Source: Neoconidiobolus thromboides FSU 785
Taxonomy: Eukaryota; Fungi; Entomophthoromycota
DNA: 64,000 bases
Assembly: GCA_025603075.1 (NCBI GenBank)
Contig: MU626305.1
Span: 58,211 to 122,210, forward strand
Direction: 5' to 3'
Shown here one piece after another: positions 38,217 to 53,183 of the stretch (positions are counted from its first letter, which is position 1; every line of letters begins with the position of its first letter). Made by a program: the position numbers and the translations under genes. A model generated the notes under the pieces. It did no database searches. It was not told the origin of the DNA and saw only the letters and a program-made list of their open reading frames with translations.

Positions 38217-39524
38217 TTAATACCTTGAACGTGAATTTTTCCTAGGTGATCGACGATCCTCTCTACGACGAGAATCATAACGAGAATCATCACGATATCT
38301 GGTTTCCCTGTCTGTAGTAGAGCTCCTGTCCCCTCTTCTATCCCCTCTTCTATCCCTATCTCTCGAATGATATTCATCTTTTCTTCTCCTTTCCTCTTTA
38401 AATTCTCTTTTTTCCTTTGGATGCTCAAATACTAAATCATATTTCCTACTACTACCAAAACCTTCTTTATATTTGATTTCATATTTTGAGTTTCTATCTT
38501 CTGTTTCTGCTTTAATTCCTGAGCCTAAAAATTCCTTACTTAATTTCGAAACGGATTGAGAAAAATCCACATGAATTCTTTTATCATCAATTAAAACATT
38601 ATCCATTTTAAAATAAGCTTCTTCACAATCTTCTTGATTTTCAAATTCAATAAACGCATAACATAAACTTTCTCCTGTTTTAAAATCTCGTATAATTTCA
38701 CACGAAGTGACCGGTCCAAACCTAGAAAAGATCAATTCCAAATCTTCATCCCTCGTTATTGGATTTAATTTACAAACAAATAATACATTTTCTGGTGGTT
38801 TAACATCAGCAAATGGTAAATCCCCTACCATTTCTAATGTCAATGCTTGAGCTTGAGCTTCCCTTTCTCGAGTCAACTTCTCTAATTGTTCAGGTGGAAG
38901 ATCAGGTTCTAATTCTTCATCTTCTCCCACTCTTAATGTATTTAGTAATTCTTTACTAGGCTCTGGGGACATTTCAGGTACTTGTAAACCTTCTGGATCT
39001 GGGAATGGATCTTCTAATATAATCGTATGTTTAATACGTATATCTCTTAATGGCTTATATTGATCATCACAATAAGTTTGATTTAATTTTTCTAATACCT
39101 CTAAACCTTCTGCAATATGACCAAAGGGCACGTAATTTCCATCCAGATAATCCAGATCTTCTTTTAATGTAAAAAAAAATTGAGAGCCAGCTAAAGTTAC
39201 CTGCTTATCGCCCGAGTTAACTTTGGTTGTTACCATAGATATCACGCCCAATTTATCATGTTTTAATTTTGGATGATATTCTGGTGTAAAATACTTCTTT
39301 TTTGTTGGACCATTTAATAAATTAAAAATGCTTTCACCACCTTTACCAGAATTGCTAGGATCCCCACTTTGAGCCATAAAATCTTTTTCCACTTTATGAA
39401 ATGTACAAAAATTATAATATTTTATTTTACATAATTTGATAAAATTTAAACATGTTTTTGGACACTCATTAACGTTCAAGTCCACTACTATATCTCCTAA
39501 AGAGGTCTCGATTAATACACTCAT
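38217..39524 (-). CDS. PPIL4: Cyclophilin-RRM protein PPIL4/Cyp59/Rct1, intronless
   Basis: [16 protein letters not shown]...[12 protein letters not shown] cyclophilin domain; [32 protein letters not shown]; RS/RD-rich tail. The first ATG is at 39524 (the ORF track starts one GTG codon earlier). Confidence 0.96.
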   Translation of the reverse strand: MSVLIETSLGDIVVDLNVNECPKTCLNFIKLCKIKYYNFCTFHKVEKDFMAQSGDPSNSGKGGESIFNLLNGPTKKKYFTPEYHPKLKHDKLGVISMVTTKVNSGDKQVTLAGSQFFFTLKEDLDYLDGNYVPFGHIAEGLEVLEKLNQTYCDDQYKPLRDIRIKHTIILEDPFPDPEGLQVPEMSPEPSKELLNTLRVGEDEELEPDLPPEQLEKLTREREAQAQALTLEMVGDLPFADVKPPENVLFVCKLNPITRDEDLELIFSRFGPVTSCEIIRDFKTGESLCYAFIEFENQEDCEEAYFKMDNVLIDDKRIHVDFSQSVSKLSKEFLGSGIKAETEDRNSKYEIKYKEGFGSSRKYDLVFEHPKEKREFKEERRRKDEYHSRDRDRRGDRRGDRSSTTDRETRYRDDSRYDSRRREDRRSPRKNSRSRY

Positions 39525-40000
39525 CACAACTGGTCTTGTTTTTTGTTAATTGAAATTGAAACTAAGGCTATATTGATTTTGGTTTTTGGAATTTTGTAAG
39601 CTGAAATTTAGCTTTAATGAAAACGATTGGTTGGACTTTAGGACATGTTCTTTTTAGTTGGAATTTTTTTTGATTCAAAAATATAAAATCCAATTTACAG
39701 TTAAGTTTAGGATCATATGCAAAAATCCATCAAGTTTTATTACAAAAAATAAATAAACGCAAATCCGATCCTAACCCTAACCTTAACCACTAACTTTAAC
39801 CTTAGCCTAACTTTGATTTTTAATTATATTTATCATATTAGCCATAATTGATTTTCTAATTAAAAATTATATAGCATCATAAATTATAAAGCTGCTTTTT
39901 ATAAAAATGAAATTACAGAAATCAATATATATATAAATCTATCAAATTGATAAACTTTTTTAATCATTTACTTATATTTAATACAAATAATACATAATAC

Positions 40001-40202
40001 GATGATATTTTCTTTGACTTCATCGCTTTTTCTGTCTTTTAAGTGGGGATGTATTTTTGTATTTAAGAATTTTGCTAACAAATTTTCCGCTTAAATAGTG
40101 CTTAAAAAATGGAAGAAATAAATGAAGTCAAAAAAAACACTCCCAAGTGTTATTTGAGTGAAAAAGTTACTGTAAAATTCTTAAACACAAAAATACATCC
40201 CC
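40001..40202 (-). mobile_element. Reverse MITE copy split by a nested forward copy
   Basis: Right-arm half at ~40001-40044 and left-arm half at 40145-40202 rejoin into one element at AAGT. Confidence 0.82.
40045..40144 (+). mobile_element. MITE copy nested in another MITE, TSD AAGT
   Basis: AAGT|GGGGATG...CACTCCC|AAGT. Confidence 0.92.
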
Positions 40203-41197
40203 ATGTACTATAAATGTTTGTATTTAAACATGGGTAAATTTATGGATTTAAGTTAGATATCGTATCTCATTTATTATATATGATAAATAGGTACCTCATA
40301 AAAAAATACATCTTTAAACTCACTACAAGTTAAATAATAAGATAGCTTTGTTTGGTGCTTTTGTTACCTTAAAAAATATACATATATTTGTGTAAACCGC
40401 ATCCTGGTAATACAAATTTCCGATCCATCATTTATTAGCAGTTAAATTTAAACAAATACTGTGTTTACAAGTGTATTGCAACTATTTAATTTAAAAATTC
40501 ATATCGATTCATAACGATTACTATAGATAATACAACCAACACATTGGTGGAGTTACTTTACTATTTTATAAATTATCAAAAAACAAGTATGGTGTTTGAG
40601 TGATTTGTCATCTAAAATAAAAACATTATAATATACCTGCAACTATGTAACATCATAGTTTAAATCAACATACAATTTATTAAGTACTCACATAATTTTT
40701 ATAATAAATCATTCATATAGTAACTGATGCTTACTTTGTAATTGATTATTACTTAGGATAGTAAAATATTGAGCTATTTAATCCAGAAATTTTAATAAAA
40801 TTACTTCAGTAATCTTCAATGTTTAGCCGAAGCATTTCAGAAGTATATCTATCAATTTTAGTTACCAATAAAATTTTTATAATATGTTCTTCAAATTCAC
40901 TTAAGTGACTAAATAAAATTTGATAAAAACGATAGTAATTTACTTTGTGAGTATTTTGTGGTTTAAATAAGCCTCATCTATGAAAATAGTATAATTAAAC
41001 TTAGGGTAATAAAGTTGAAACACGCCACATAAGTTTTAAAACTCATTATTTGAAAGTGAAATAAGGTTATAGCAAAATACAAGGTTATTTATTTTCTAGA
41101 GAACAAAAAAATGAACCCCTCGCTGTAATATAATGTAAGAATAACAATTCGCTAAAATGGATATTATTAAAAAAATGCTAAGTGGAACAATTGATAG

Positions 41198-41206
41198 TAT
41201 ATAAAG
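41198..41206 (+). promoter_or_regulatory. Putative TATA box of P450 no.2 (TATATAAAG)
   Basis: Positionally conserved among the paralogs. Confidence 0.55.
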
Positions 41207-41241
41207 ACTGTAGATCAAAGATGATGATCAACTTTTACAAA

Positions 41242-43178
<1,937 letters not shown>

Positions 43179-43589
43179 ATACTTTATTGCTATATTGTAT
43201 AGTATTAATACTAATATGTAGCATTATGGGTTATAACAAACAAACCAAAAAAAGAAATAGACAAAAGAAATAGGTTAAATAGCTTAAGTTTAATCTTTGA
43301 TACTTTCTAGTTCATTTTATAAATATTGTATGGTGTTAAATATACAACTGCTCAAACTCTATTGCGACCAAATTTCCAGTAGTTTTTAGAGTCATCTACC
43401 TATTTGCTTAGTTTTCTAGAGCCTAATTTTTAGATTTAGTATATTTTTCCAAAATTTATTCCTAAATGAACACTTGTCTGTATCATAGTAGAATTACAAC
43501 AGTTGTACTAATCTTAAACCAACAGAATGTCAAAAACTTTAGAATTTTAAAATATTTAAAGCTATATAATAGGTAAAAGCCTTATATTT

Positions 43590-43680
43590 AAATGTTTTTT
43601 TTGTTTAAGGATCCTACTACCAATTTTTTCACTCAATAGTGCTTAAAAAAGTGCAAATAAATGAAGCTAAAAAAGACCTC
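43590..43680 (+). mobile_element. Highly degenerate MITE copy
   Basis: TTTGTTTAAGGATCCTACTACCAATTTTTTCACTCAATAGTGCTTAAAAAAGTG...GAAGCTAAAAA. Confidence 0.7.
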
Positions 43681-43789
43681 GTTTAATCCATCAAGCGCAT
43701 ATGTCGTATATTTACGTCATGGTCAAAAGTAACTTTTAGTTGGTGAAGCCATAAGTTTGAATATTCTAATTAGTGATTAAGTAATATAT

Positions 43790-43888
43790 AGGGATGCTTT
43801 TTCCTGCTTCATTACTTTTTCCATCTTTTGAGCGCTATTTAAATGAAAAGATTGCTAGTAAAATTCTTAAATATAAAAGTACATCCCC
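43790..43888 (-). mobile_element. MITE copy (reverse)
   Basis: ATAT|AGGGATG...TACATCCCC|ATCT. Confidence 0.88.
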
Positions 43889-45345
43889 ATCTAGACTATG
43901 AAATAAATAATGACTTTATTAACGTAAGGAGTCGTTAGCCTTAGTAGCTTTTTTGAAAATTTTGGAGACACTTAAGGAGTTAAATTTAAAAATTAAAAAT
44001 AAATGTTTAAAAAAATTAGAAAAAGTTAACACAAAATAAAACATAAAATAAAACAACGATGGTATTTTATAATGCTTTTAATCGAGCAAGCTATAACAAT
44101 TAATAAAACGAATCTAAATTAGTTAAACTGTTTACAACTTTTCCTTTCCTGCTATAGATACAGTCATTTTAAAAAGCTTCATAAAAATCCTATATACTCT
44201 ATAGCAGTTCAGTTTAAAATAGCTATTATGATTTATAAAAAATAGTTCATTAATAAACTTAAAAACTTACATTTTTAAATACAAGGGGGAAATATTTGTA
44301 AAGTATTTTTTGGTTAAGTATCCATACTAAAAGTTTGGTTTAATTTATATAAATAAAGTCCAAAAGAGAATAGAAGAATTAAAGAATGAAAGAATGGTAG
44401 TACCAGCCCATATTGGAATGGCGATCAATGAAATAATTTACCTTTTCATAGGTTAGCACCTGTAAGTTACCATATTGTCTTTGTAAGGGAAGGGATTGGT
44501 ACTATATTAGATGTATAAGGACTCTCAACAGGAGTACCCGCCATTTCTTAAATAAAATTGGTATAAGGAAGAAAATCAATAATCTTTAATCTAATTTGTC
44601 AAAAATCAAGTATATAAAGACAGCACTAGTAACAATAAATAATATAATGAACTCAAGTATTTCTAAAGAAAGGGGTAATTTGATAAAGTATTATTAATAT
44701 AAATTTCCTTAGTTTTAACTTTATCTTTTTAAAACAAACGTAATGTTAGATAATTTAGTTCTTATATAAATAAGGATATTATAGAATACTAAAAATTAAG
44801 TAACTTTATAGTCTAAACTGGCATATATTTTGTTTATTTTAAACATGTTGAACCCTGTAACTCATTTTTAACATGTAGCAGCTAACCACTAGCTTAGAAA
44901 TTGACTGTTAGTTATGATAGTAGTATATTAAGCTGTTTGGTTATAATTTAAAAATAATCACTTAGATACATTATTTCTGTTTAACTGATACACTTGTCGA
45001 ACATATTCTTCATATGTATCCAAGTGATTAGAATTGGAACGTTTATAAAAATGGTATTTTTACTTCAAGCGAGCATTTCACGGCCAAAATAGCCTCCATT
45101 TTTGAAAATAATATCATTTATTTAAACCTAAAATAATGAAATTCAAATGTATCATATGTGTTGGTTTTTCATCCCATAGTAAAGTAAATACGATATAAAA
45201 ACGCGGAAGTATTTATCCTTAAATAGTAAACAAAAGAAATCAAAACCAGGGGAACATATTATAGGAACAGTAATTCTTCGGATTAGGTATTAATAAAAAT
45301 ACGATTCCTTTTATTTTTAAGAAATGTTAAGGGAATAAAGGATAG

Positions 45346-45354
45346 TATAAAAAG
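45346..45354 (+). promoter_or_regulatory. Putative TATA box of P450 no.3 (TATAAAAAG)
   Basis: Positionally conserved; the TATA-to-ATG segment is nearly identical to that of P450 no.1. Confidence 0.6.
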
Positions 45355-45388
45355 ATCATAAATTGAAGATAAAGATCAACTTTCACAA

Positions 45389-47331
45389 ATGATCGAGATC
45401 AAATCAATTTTAATCATAGCTTCAATTTCACTATTAGTATACTATATTTATAGCGTAATATGGCTTGTTTAAAAATGGCAGAATACTAACATAGTTATAT
45501 AGGTCATACATAGCTTGTTCTTTTGTCCATTAAGGAAGGTTCCAGGCCCATTAATCGTGCACTTTATTCCATTTTACTATAAACTCAAACAAGCTGATGG
45601 AACTCTACATGAATATGCATTGAATATTCATAAAAAATATGGCCATACAGTAAGAATTGGTAAATTAAATTTTATAATTCTAGTGACTCTAATAATTATA
45701 ACTATTTCTCAAGGGGGTGATTTAATTTCAGTTGTTTCAGATTCAGCTTGCAAAGAAATACATAATACTTATGATTACTTGAAAGATGGACTTTATGAGG
45801 CCATTAAAGTGATGGGCGAGAATATGCTTAATACTAAGTAAATTGTATATTGTTATTTAAACATGTCTAATAATATATTAGCGATAAAGAAGGTCACCGT
45901 TTTAAAGTAAGATATATAAGAAATCCATAAAGTAGTTCTTATCAACGTATTTAGAAAAGGATTTTGGCCCCGTTTTTTTCAGATAAGACAATTTTAAGTG
46001 TCGAAAATGTAGTCAAAGAGAATGTAGACAATTTAGTAAACAAGCTAGAGGAATTTTCAGATAATAATCAAAAATTTGATCTTGGACTCTATTTTCATTA
46101 TTTTTCATTCGTAAGTTAAAAATACAAAAACTTATTTATTTATTTAACATACAATTAGGATATAATTGGTGACCTTGGATTTGGAAAACCATTCAATATG
46201 GTAAAGAAGGGATACCATCCAGTTATTGATTGGATAAAGGATGTTTTTCGCATAACATTTTTGGTATTTTATACTTTATCTATAAGGATTATATATTTAA
46301 AAATATTATAGGTGGCTGCATTCCCAGCCTTAAAGCATTTTCAATACGCTTGTATTAAAAGCTTATATCAGGTATATATAGTTAATGTGGCATATTAGTT
46401 GTAATAATAGCTTAGTTTTCTTTTGATGCGATAAATGATGCTAAAAACCATCCAGATAAAGTTACTATCATGAATGCCCTAATTAACGCTGAAGATCCAG
46501 AAACTGGAAAGAAGCTTAGTGAAAAAGAAGTAGCTGAAGAATCTATGCTTCAAATGTAAACATTACAATTAAATTTTTCTATCACTAACTTGATTACTAA
46601 GTGCCGCTGGAACAGATACCACTTCAAATACTCTTACCTGGTAATACTGCTAAAAAATTGTCATATCAAATAATAATATAAAATAGGTTTTTTTATAACC
46701 TAGCAAATAATCCAGATGTATATGAAAAAGTTGAAAAGGAAATTCATAGCACTTTCCCAAACAAAGGTTCAATTAACTATTCTAAGGTCAAATCAGAATG
46801 TCATTATCTTAACGCTACAATTCATGAAAGTATGAGAATTAAACCAGTAGCTCCTGGTGTTTTAAGTAGATTCGTTCCTAAAGGAGGAAGGGTAATAGAT
46901 GGCTACTTTATTCCAGAAGGGGTAATATAAATATGCATTTAATATATATTTAGTAAGATTATTTTAGACTTCTGTAGGGGCTGCTGCAATCGCAAAACAT
47001 AATTTACCATCTTTATGGGAAGATCCCGATAATTTCAATCCAGAAAGGTGGTTAGAAAATGGAAAGTTCAAAAACAATCCAAATTTTTTTCCCTTTTCAA
47101 TAGGTCCAAGAGCTTGTATCGGTAGAAGGTAAGAAAGACATAAATATTGTAATATTATATGTTTATATTTTTGTTTTTACTAGTTTAGCTTGGATGGAAC
47201 TTTATTTGGTTACTGCAACTTTGATAAGAAATTTTAGATTTGAAAGAGAGAATAACAAGAGAATAAGTTCAAAATTCTACATGGTTGTTCAGCCTACTGA
47301 GCCCATCTGCTATACTGTTAATAAAATTTAA
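45389..47331 (+). CDS. Cytochrome P450 paralog 3, 12 exons
   Basis: MIEIKSILIIAS..., same intron positions as the paralogs; [32 protein letters not shown]. Confidence 0.94.
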
Positions 47332-47891
47332 CTATACTTTAAGTACTTTTATATTCATTTTAAAAAACGTGCTTTTTTAATAGATTTATTAAAATTAGAT
47401 TATTATCAAAGTTTTAGCTAGAACATTTTTGAAAAATGTATTAAAAATACCAACTTTATTAGTATCTTACCTTTAGTTGTTCTTATCAGCAATATTCTAT
47501 TAATAGTTAAAGTAACTTAGTATAAGTTACTTTCTTAAAGAGCTTACCTAATTCGTCTTATTTGGAAATGCTTGCTACATTTAAAAATAAGAATTTCAAG
47601 AATAGAAATGTTAGTATAATGATTACTTTTGTTTTTTAAAAAAGGTTTGTATTGATACTGATACTATAAAAACCTCTTTATAAGTATCAAATATGAGAAA
47701 TTTATGTTAAGTATATATCAAGTTTTACTATAAGGTTTAAAAGTATGTAGTTTCGATAGCAAAATGTTTACTAGTTTCTTAATAAAAACTTATAAGTTAT
47801 ACTTTGTTAAACAGAAGTATTCGCTGTTGACTCTTTAAAATACAAATGATTAAAACTACTAGATACTATAAGCGTTTCGAAATAATAATAT

Positions 47892-47989
47892 GGGGATGTA
47901 TTTTTGTATTTAAGAATTTTACTAATAATTTTTCCACTCAAATAATATTTAAAAGATGGAAAAAGTAATGAAGCTAAAAAAACATCCCC
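47892..47989 (+). mobile_element. MITE copy
   Basis: ATAT|GGGGATG...CATCCCC|ATAT. Confidence 0.93.
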
Positions 47990-48239
47990 ATATGTTGGTT
48001 GGAAAATAATTTACTTATTTATAAATCCGAATAATATCTTTAAATATATTTGAATAAGTAACTTTATTAAACTAAAGTGACGATTTTTGAAAAACATAAA
48101 TTATGAGGTTATAGCTAAAATGTAAATAGGATTAAAAATACGAGATCCGATCATAAATATTAATAAAAAAGCGAAGAATATGTTGATAATAACTTTGGAT
48201 GATGTTATAAAATTGCGGAATATAAGACATTTAAAATAT

Positions 48240-50009
48240 TTATTTTTTTAACGCCTTTGGAGTATTTTCTGAAGCTTTGGTAATGATCTCAATCAAATTC
48301 AAATTCATCCTGCACAATATTGAGCTATAAGGCGTTTTTAACAAAGACTTTAACATTTTCCTCCCTTTTTGAATATATATATCATTCTTATCATCATCTC
48401 TACCATATCGTATCATAAAAACTAAACAAATAGAGATTAGTATATAGTCAAGAGCAAGGGTATATTTATGAGAGGCTCTAATAGCACTATCAATTACTAA
48501 ATGACATTCTTTGAATATAGTTCCTGTATAATCTATTGTATTCCTATCAAGAGCTCTATCATTTGAATACTCTTTAAATTCATAAATACTTTTTTCTTTA
48601 GATACACTAAATCGAGTATAATAGATATAATAGTTAATATGATGATAAAAATAAATAATACAACCTTGATAATCCTCAACAGTCAGTTTTAAATCTTGGT
48701 CATTTATGGCGGGCAAAAAATTATTCATTATAGTAGTATATCTCTCTTTAACTCTGAATATTTTGAGTGAAAGTTTCTTTAAAATACAGCTAAATTTGAT
48801 TTGATCTTTTGCCTCCTCTACTTTCCTTTCTTTAATTAATCGTAAATCAAAAAATATTGTGCTTATTATGTAATAAAACTCTTGTAGTTTTAGAAAACAA
48901 TATTGTTGAATGATCTTTTTATATTTTTCGAGATTAAGATGATAGCTGGTAATTTTATGAGCAAAATAACTATTTAATCTCTTTAACTTTAACAATAGCA
49001 TAGGCTCTGCGACATAAGATCCAGCTGCTAATAAAGTCCCATTATAATATGCGTTTAATATACAATAAGTATAAGCCCTCTCAATATTAATACTCATAGG
49101 TAACTTATTTGTAGAATGATTTAAACCAATTACAAATGATATTCTATAGCAGTGGAACAAAAGACACTCTTTGAGACTAGCTATCCAGGGAAAGAATGGC
49201 GTCCCAACGATTAATATAAGTATTGTCTGTATATTTTCTAGACAGGGTTTGATCTTTGGAACGCTTGAAACAAAATTATAAAGCTTTCCTTCAAAATATT
49301 TTATCAAAATTTTTATATCCTCTGTTTGTTCCATATATAAAAGACCGCCAATGAGTATTGCTGATTTTAAAATAAAGGAATATGAATTAAAAGAAAATCT
49401 AGTTTTATCAAATAATGGAAATACTGTATTAACAAATTCAAAATATTTGATTATAGCTTGATTTAAAATTAGGCCAATATTAAAGCTAGTGCTCTTTGGT
49501 ACTTTGGGTATAAAGTTCAATTTTCTACGTTTAGATGCTAATAACCCTAATTTATGTGTTAATATTATAAAAAGATCTAGCCCTTTACTAGGAAAAAAAG
49601 GTGAAGGATTTTGAATAAAATTTAATAAATTCTCTAGCAAAATCTTCCTTTGAAATTTATTGAAAATTCCAAGGATACTATATGAAAATTCAAAATGTTC
49701 AGGTAGCTTTGACAGCTGATATTTAGCTCCTTTAGATCGAAACGATTTTGAATTGAGCCGAGATTCACCAAGGTGTGCAAAGTTGATACTTACATTGCTT
49801 CTCAATTTAAATTCAGGTAAGTATTTTTTCAATTGATATTCGGTGTTCTCTTTCTTAAAATATACAACTTTTCTCTTGAACGTACATTCGGTATGTCTTC
49901 TTATACATCTTGAGCATTTAGGTACTAATCTATCGCATTTAACATGGCTATTAGAACACTGATCACATCTATATCCTCTTTTATTTAATTTAATTTTATT
50001 TTCCTTCAT
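48240..50009 (-). CDS. Zn(II)2Cys6 binuclear-cluster transcription factor, intronless
   Basis: CDQCSNSHVKCDRLVPKCSRCIRRHTEC matches C-x2-C-x6-C-x6-C-x2-C-x6-C; central YFEFVNTVFPLFD...GLNH...IERAYTY region resembles the fungal TF middle homology region. Confidence 0.9.
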   Translation of the reverse strand: MKENKIKLNKRGYRCDQCSNSHVKCDRLVPKCSRCIRRHTECTFKRKVVYFKKENTEYQLKKYLPEFKLRSNVSINFAHLGESRLNSKSFRSKGAKYQLSKLPEHFEFSYSILGIFNKFQRKILLENLLNFIQNPSPFFPSKGLDLFIILTHKLGLLASKRRKLNFIPKVPKSTSFNIGLILNQAIIKYFEFVNTVFPLFDKTRFSFNSYSFILKSAILIGGLLYMEQTEDIKILIKYFEGKLYNFVSSVPKIKPCLENIQTILILIVGTPFFPWIASLKECLLFHCYRISFVIGLNHSTNKLPMSINIERAYTYCILNAYYNGTLLAAGSYVAEPMLLLKLKRLNSYFAHKITSYHLNLEKYKKIIQQYCFLKLQEFYYIISTIFFDLRLIKERKVEEAKDQIKFSCILKKLSLKIFRVKERYTTIMNNFLPAINDQDLKLTVEDYQGCIIYFYHHINYYIYYTRFSVSKEKSIYEFKEYSNDRALDRNTIDYTGTIFKECHLVIDSAIRASHKYTLALDYILISICLVFMIRYGRDDDKNDIYIQKGRKMLKSLLKTPYSSILCRMNLNLIEIITKASENTPKALKK

Positions 50010-51202
50010 ACTTTATGTTTTAAAACCTTGAAAGAATTAACAACCCTCGCGTTTTATTTATAATAATAAAATAAAAATTGAAAAAAAATGAAATGGTTAT
50101 GATACTAGTCCTCCTATATTTTTAAGAATAAAATAGTATTACATTCAATATAACAAATAATTTAAAATCACATATTCATAAAATATGAGTTACTATTAAT
50201 AAGGAGTATAGCAAATAAAATTAAGTAGTTGTGTATAGCAACCATTTAAAATTAAAACCTCAAATAAAGTTACAAGTCCTGAAATTCAATATAAAACAGT
50301 CTATTGAGTAAACTTTATATAGTTAAAGCTATACAATATACATATATGAGATTTTTTGGTTATAAAAATTGATGTTGTATGGTTACTATGTTTATTAATG
50401 AAGATAAAATAAACCATAGTGTTGCTTTAATAGTAATACTGATTGATTACTGGATTAGAATCAAAAATTCCTCATCATACCAAATTCCCAAAAATGCGTA
50501 ATTAATAAAATGAACTTAAATAGAAATCACAATAAAATCCTTCAAGATGCCCTGGCATTCGCTTTTATAAAATTAACAACCTTATTTTTACAAATGTTAG
50601 TACGTATAGAACAGTAATACTCTTCTGGAAGTATTACCTTGTTTTCAAAAAAACAACCATTCAACTTATTCTTCGATTTAAATGGATTTTAAATATAGAC
50701 TTATTCGATTTATTTATAAAACCATAAAAGCAATATCAATCAATCTTAAATCAAAACAATAAAAAAGTATACTATTTATTCGATCCATTATTTCGCCAAC
50801 TCTTTATATTAGTTAGCACCTTGATATCTTTATCAAGAATCCTGAAACCTTATTACAACGCTTCCTGCTAGAGCATTGAGATGAAGGGTGTTAGACCAAA
50901 ATCGTCTATTATATACACCTTTCATTAAATGTATTGAGAGTTGTCAAATCAAAATAAATACTTTTTGATTTAATATCTAAGTACTACATAGCTTAGAGCA
51001 CAAGTCGGTTAAAAATGTAGTAAGATATTATATTGAAAAGGAGAGATGGAATTCTAATTTACTCTACTTTATAATGATATAAATTAGATGAAATTAATGA
51101 CGCTCATAAACTAACCCCTTAAAATATTTCATCACCAAACAATAAAAATAATAGAGTACAAACAAAATTACAAGCAAAACTATAAAATAAATAAATATTT
51201 AT

Positions 51203-53152
51203 TTAAAATTTATCGGCAGTATAGATTATAGGCTCACTAGGCTTAACAATAAAAAACAGCTTTGAAGAAACTTCCTTAATAGTCTCTCTTTTAAATCTAA
51301 AATTCCTTATTAGAGTTGTAGTAACTAAGTAAATTTCCATCCAAGCCAAACTAAAAATGGTTAATACAGCTATTATTTACATCTATATTCATTTTACCTT
51401 CTTCCAACGCAAGCCCTTGGACCCATTGAAAAAGCCATAAAATCCGGATTATTCTTAAATTCTCCATTTTCTAGCCATCTTTCTGGAATGAAACGGTCGG
51501 GGTCTTCCCATAACAATGGTGAGTTATGTTTTGAGATAATAGAGGCTCCTATAGAGGTCTAAAGTAAAGGATGTTAATTTATTTCTTTTCAATACCTATT
51601 TATATTACCCCTTCTGGTATAAAGTAACCATCTACCACTCTCCCCCCTTTAGGTACAACTCTACTCAGTACCCCAGCAATCGCTGGTAGAATTCTCATAC
51701 TTTCATGAATGACAGCATTGAGATAATGACATTCTGATTTAACTTTAGTAAAATTAATTGATTCTTTATCGGGAAAGGCATTATGGATTTCTCTTTCGAC
51801 TTTTTCATAAATATCTGGGCGGTTTGATATGTTATAAAAAAACCTAATTTTTGTTATTTTCGCATACTTGCTTAGGACTAAATATTACCATGTAAGCGTG
51901 TATGAAGTCGAGTCCGCTCCAGCAATACTTCATAATTAGATCAGTTACGCTGTTAATTAATGATCATGATGCTTACAATTGAAGGATAGATTCTTCGGCT
52001 ATTTCCTTTTCGCTAAGCTTTTCTCCAGTTTCTGGGTCTTCTGCTTTAAGTAGGGCGTTTATAATAGTAATTCTATCTGGATGATTTTTTGCATCATTTA
52101 TTGCATCATATGAAAACTAAAATGTTAGCAAAATCCGATAGCTCATACCAAAGAAAAAAACCTGGTATACATGTTTAATACTAGGGTGTTCCATTTCTTT
52201 CACAATAGGGAATACAGCCACCTATCAATATCTTTAAGCATATGATTTTCATAAAGAAAATAAAAATACCAAACAAGCTAAGAATAAAATATCTTCTATA
52301 TAATCAAAAACCGGGTGATGGCCTTCTTTTACCATATTAAATGGCTTCCCATATCCAACATCTCCAATTATATCCTTTGCTACTAAGTTAATATCTAATC
52401 AATAATTATCTATAATCTAAACTTACGAATGAAAAATGATGCAGTTTTTCACCAAGGTCAAACTTTTGCTTTTTTTCTGAATACTCGTTGATTTTCTTTA
52501 CCAAGTTATTTACATTCTTTTTGACTATATTCTCGATGTCTAATATTACTTTATCTGAAAAGAGTGGCGCTAAAATTCGCTTCTAAATGTAACGATTAGA
52601 TTTAGTAATTACACTTCAAAATAGCTTGCCTTAAAGCGATGATAGTCTTTGTTACTAATATATAATTAGACATTACTATTTTTTGATTACTATGAATCTT
52701 ACTTAGTATTGAATACAGTTTCACCTATTATTTTACTAGCCTCATAAATCACATCTTTAGAGTAACTATAGCCGTTATGTACTTCTTTACAAGCTGACTC
52801 TGAAACTATTGAAACTACATCGCCGCCTTATAAAATTGTCATAAATAGATAAATCAAAAATAAATCACAGATTCATGTAAATTACCTGTTCTCACTATCT
52901 GGCCATATTTTCTATGAAGATTTAATACATATTGATGGACTGTTCCATTTAGTATCGTAAGTTTATAATATATTGGGAAAAAATGCACAATTAGCGGTCC
53001 AGGAACTTTTCTTAATGGACAAAAATATAAGCTATATATGACCTAAATTATCCTATTAGTATTACAATGATATTGGTTGAAAAACTTACATTGTATATAT
53101 AATAAGCTAGTAATATTAACGCTAACCCAAGAATTGAGCTGATTTCGAACAT
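51203..53152 (-). CDS. Cytochrome P450 paralog 4, 12 exons
   Basis: MFEISSILGLALILLAYY, KVPGP, AGADST-type I-helix, IHESMR, PERW, FMAFSMGPRACVGR. Confidence 0.92.
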
Positions 53153-53174
53153 TTAAACTGCTTTTGCTTTGCGA

Positions 53175-53183
53175 CTTTTATAT
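53175..53183 (-). promoter_or_regulatory. Putative TATA box of P450 no.4 (TATAAAAAG)
   Basis: Positionally conserved among the paralogs. Confidence 0.55.

Noticed and set aside
40400-41050. Minus-strand coding-like fragments interrupted by many stops
   Set aside because: May be a decayed gene or TE, but I could not assign any family by eye.
44380-44560. GC-richer patch with a 25-codon minus-strand ORF (MAGTPVESPY...)
   Set aside because: Too short, no consistent splice continuation and no recognisable homology.
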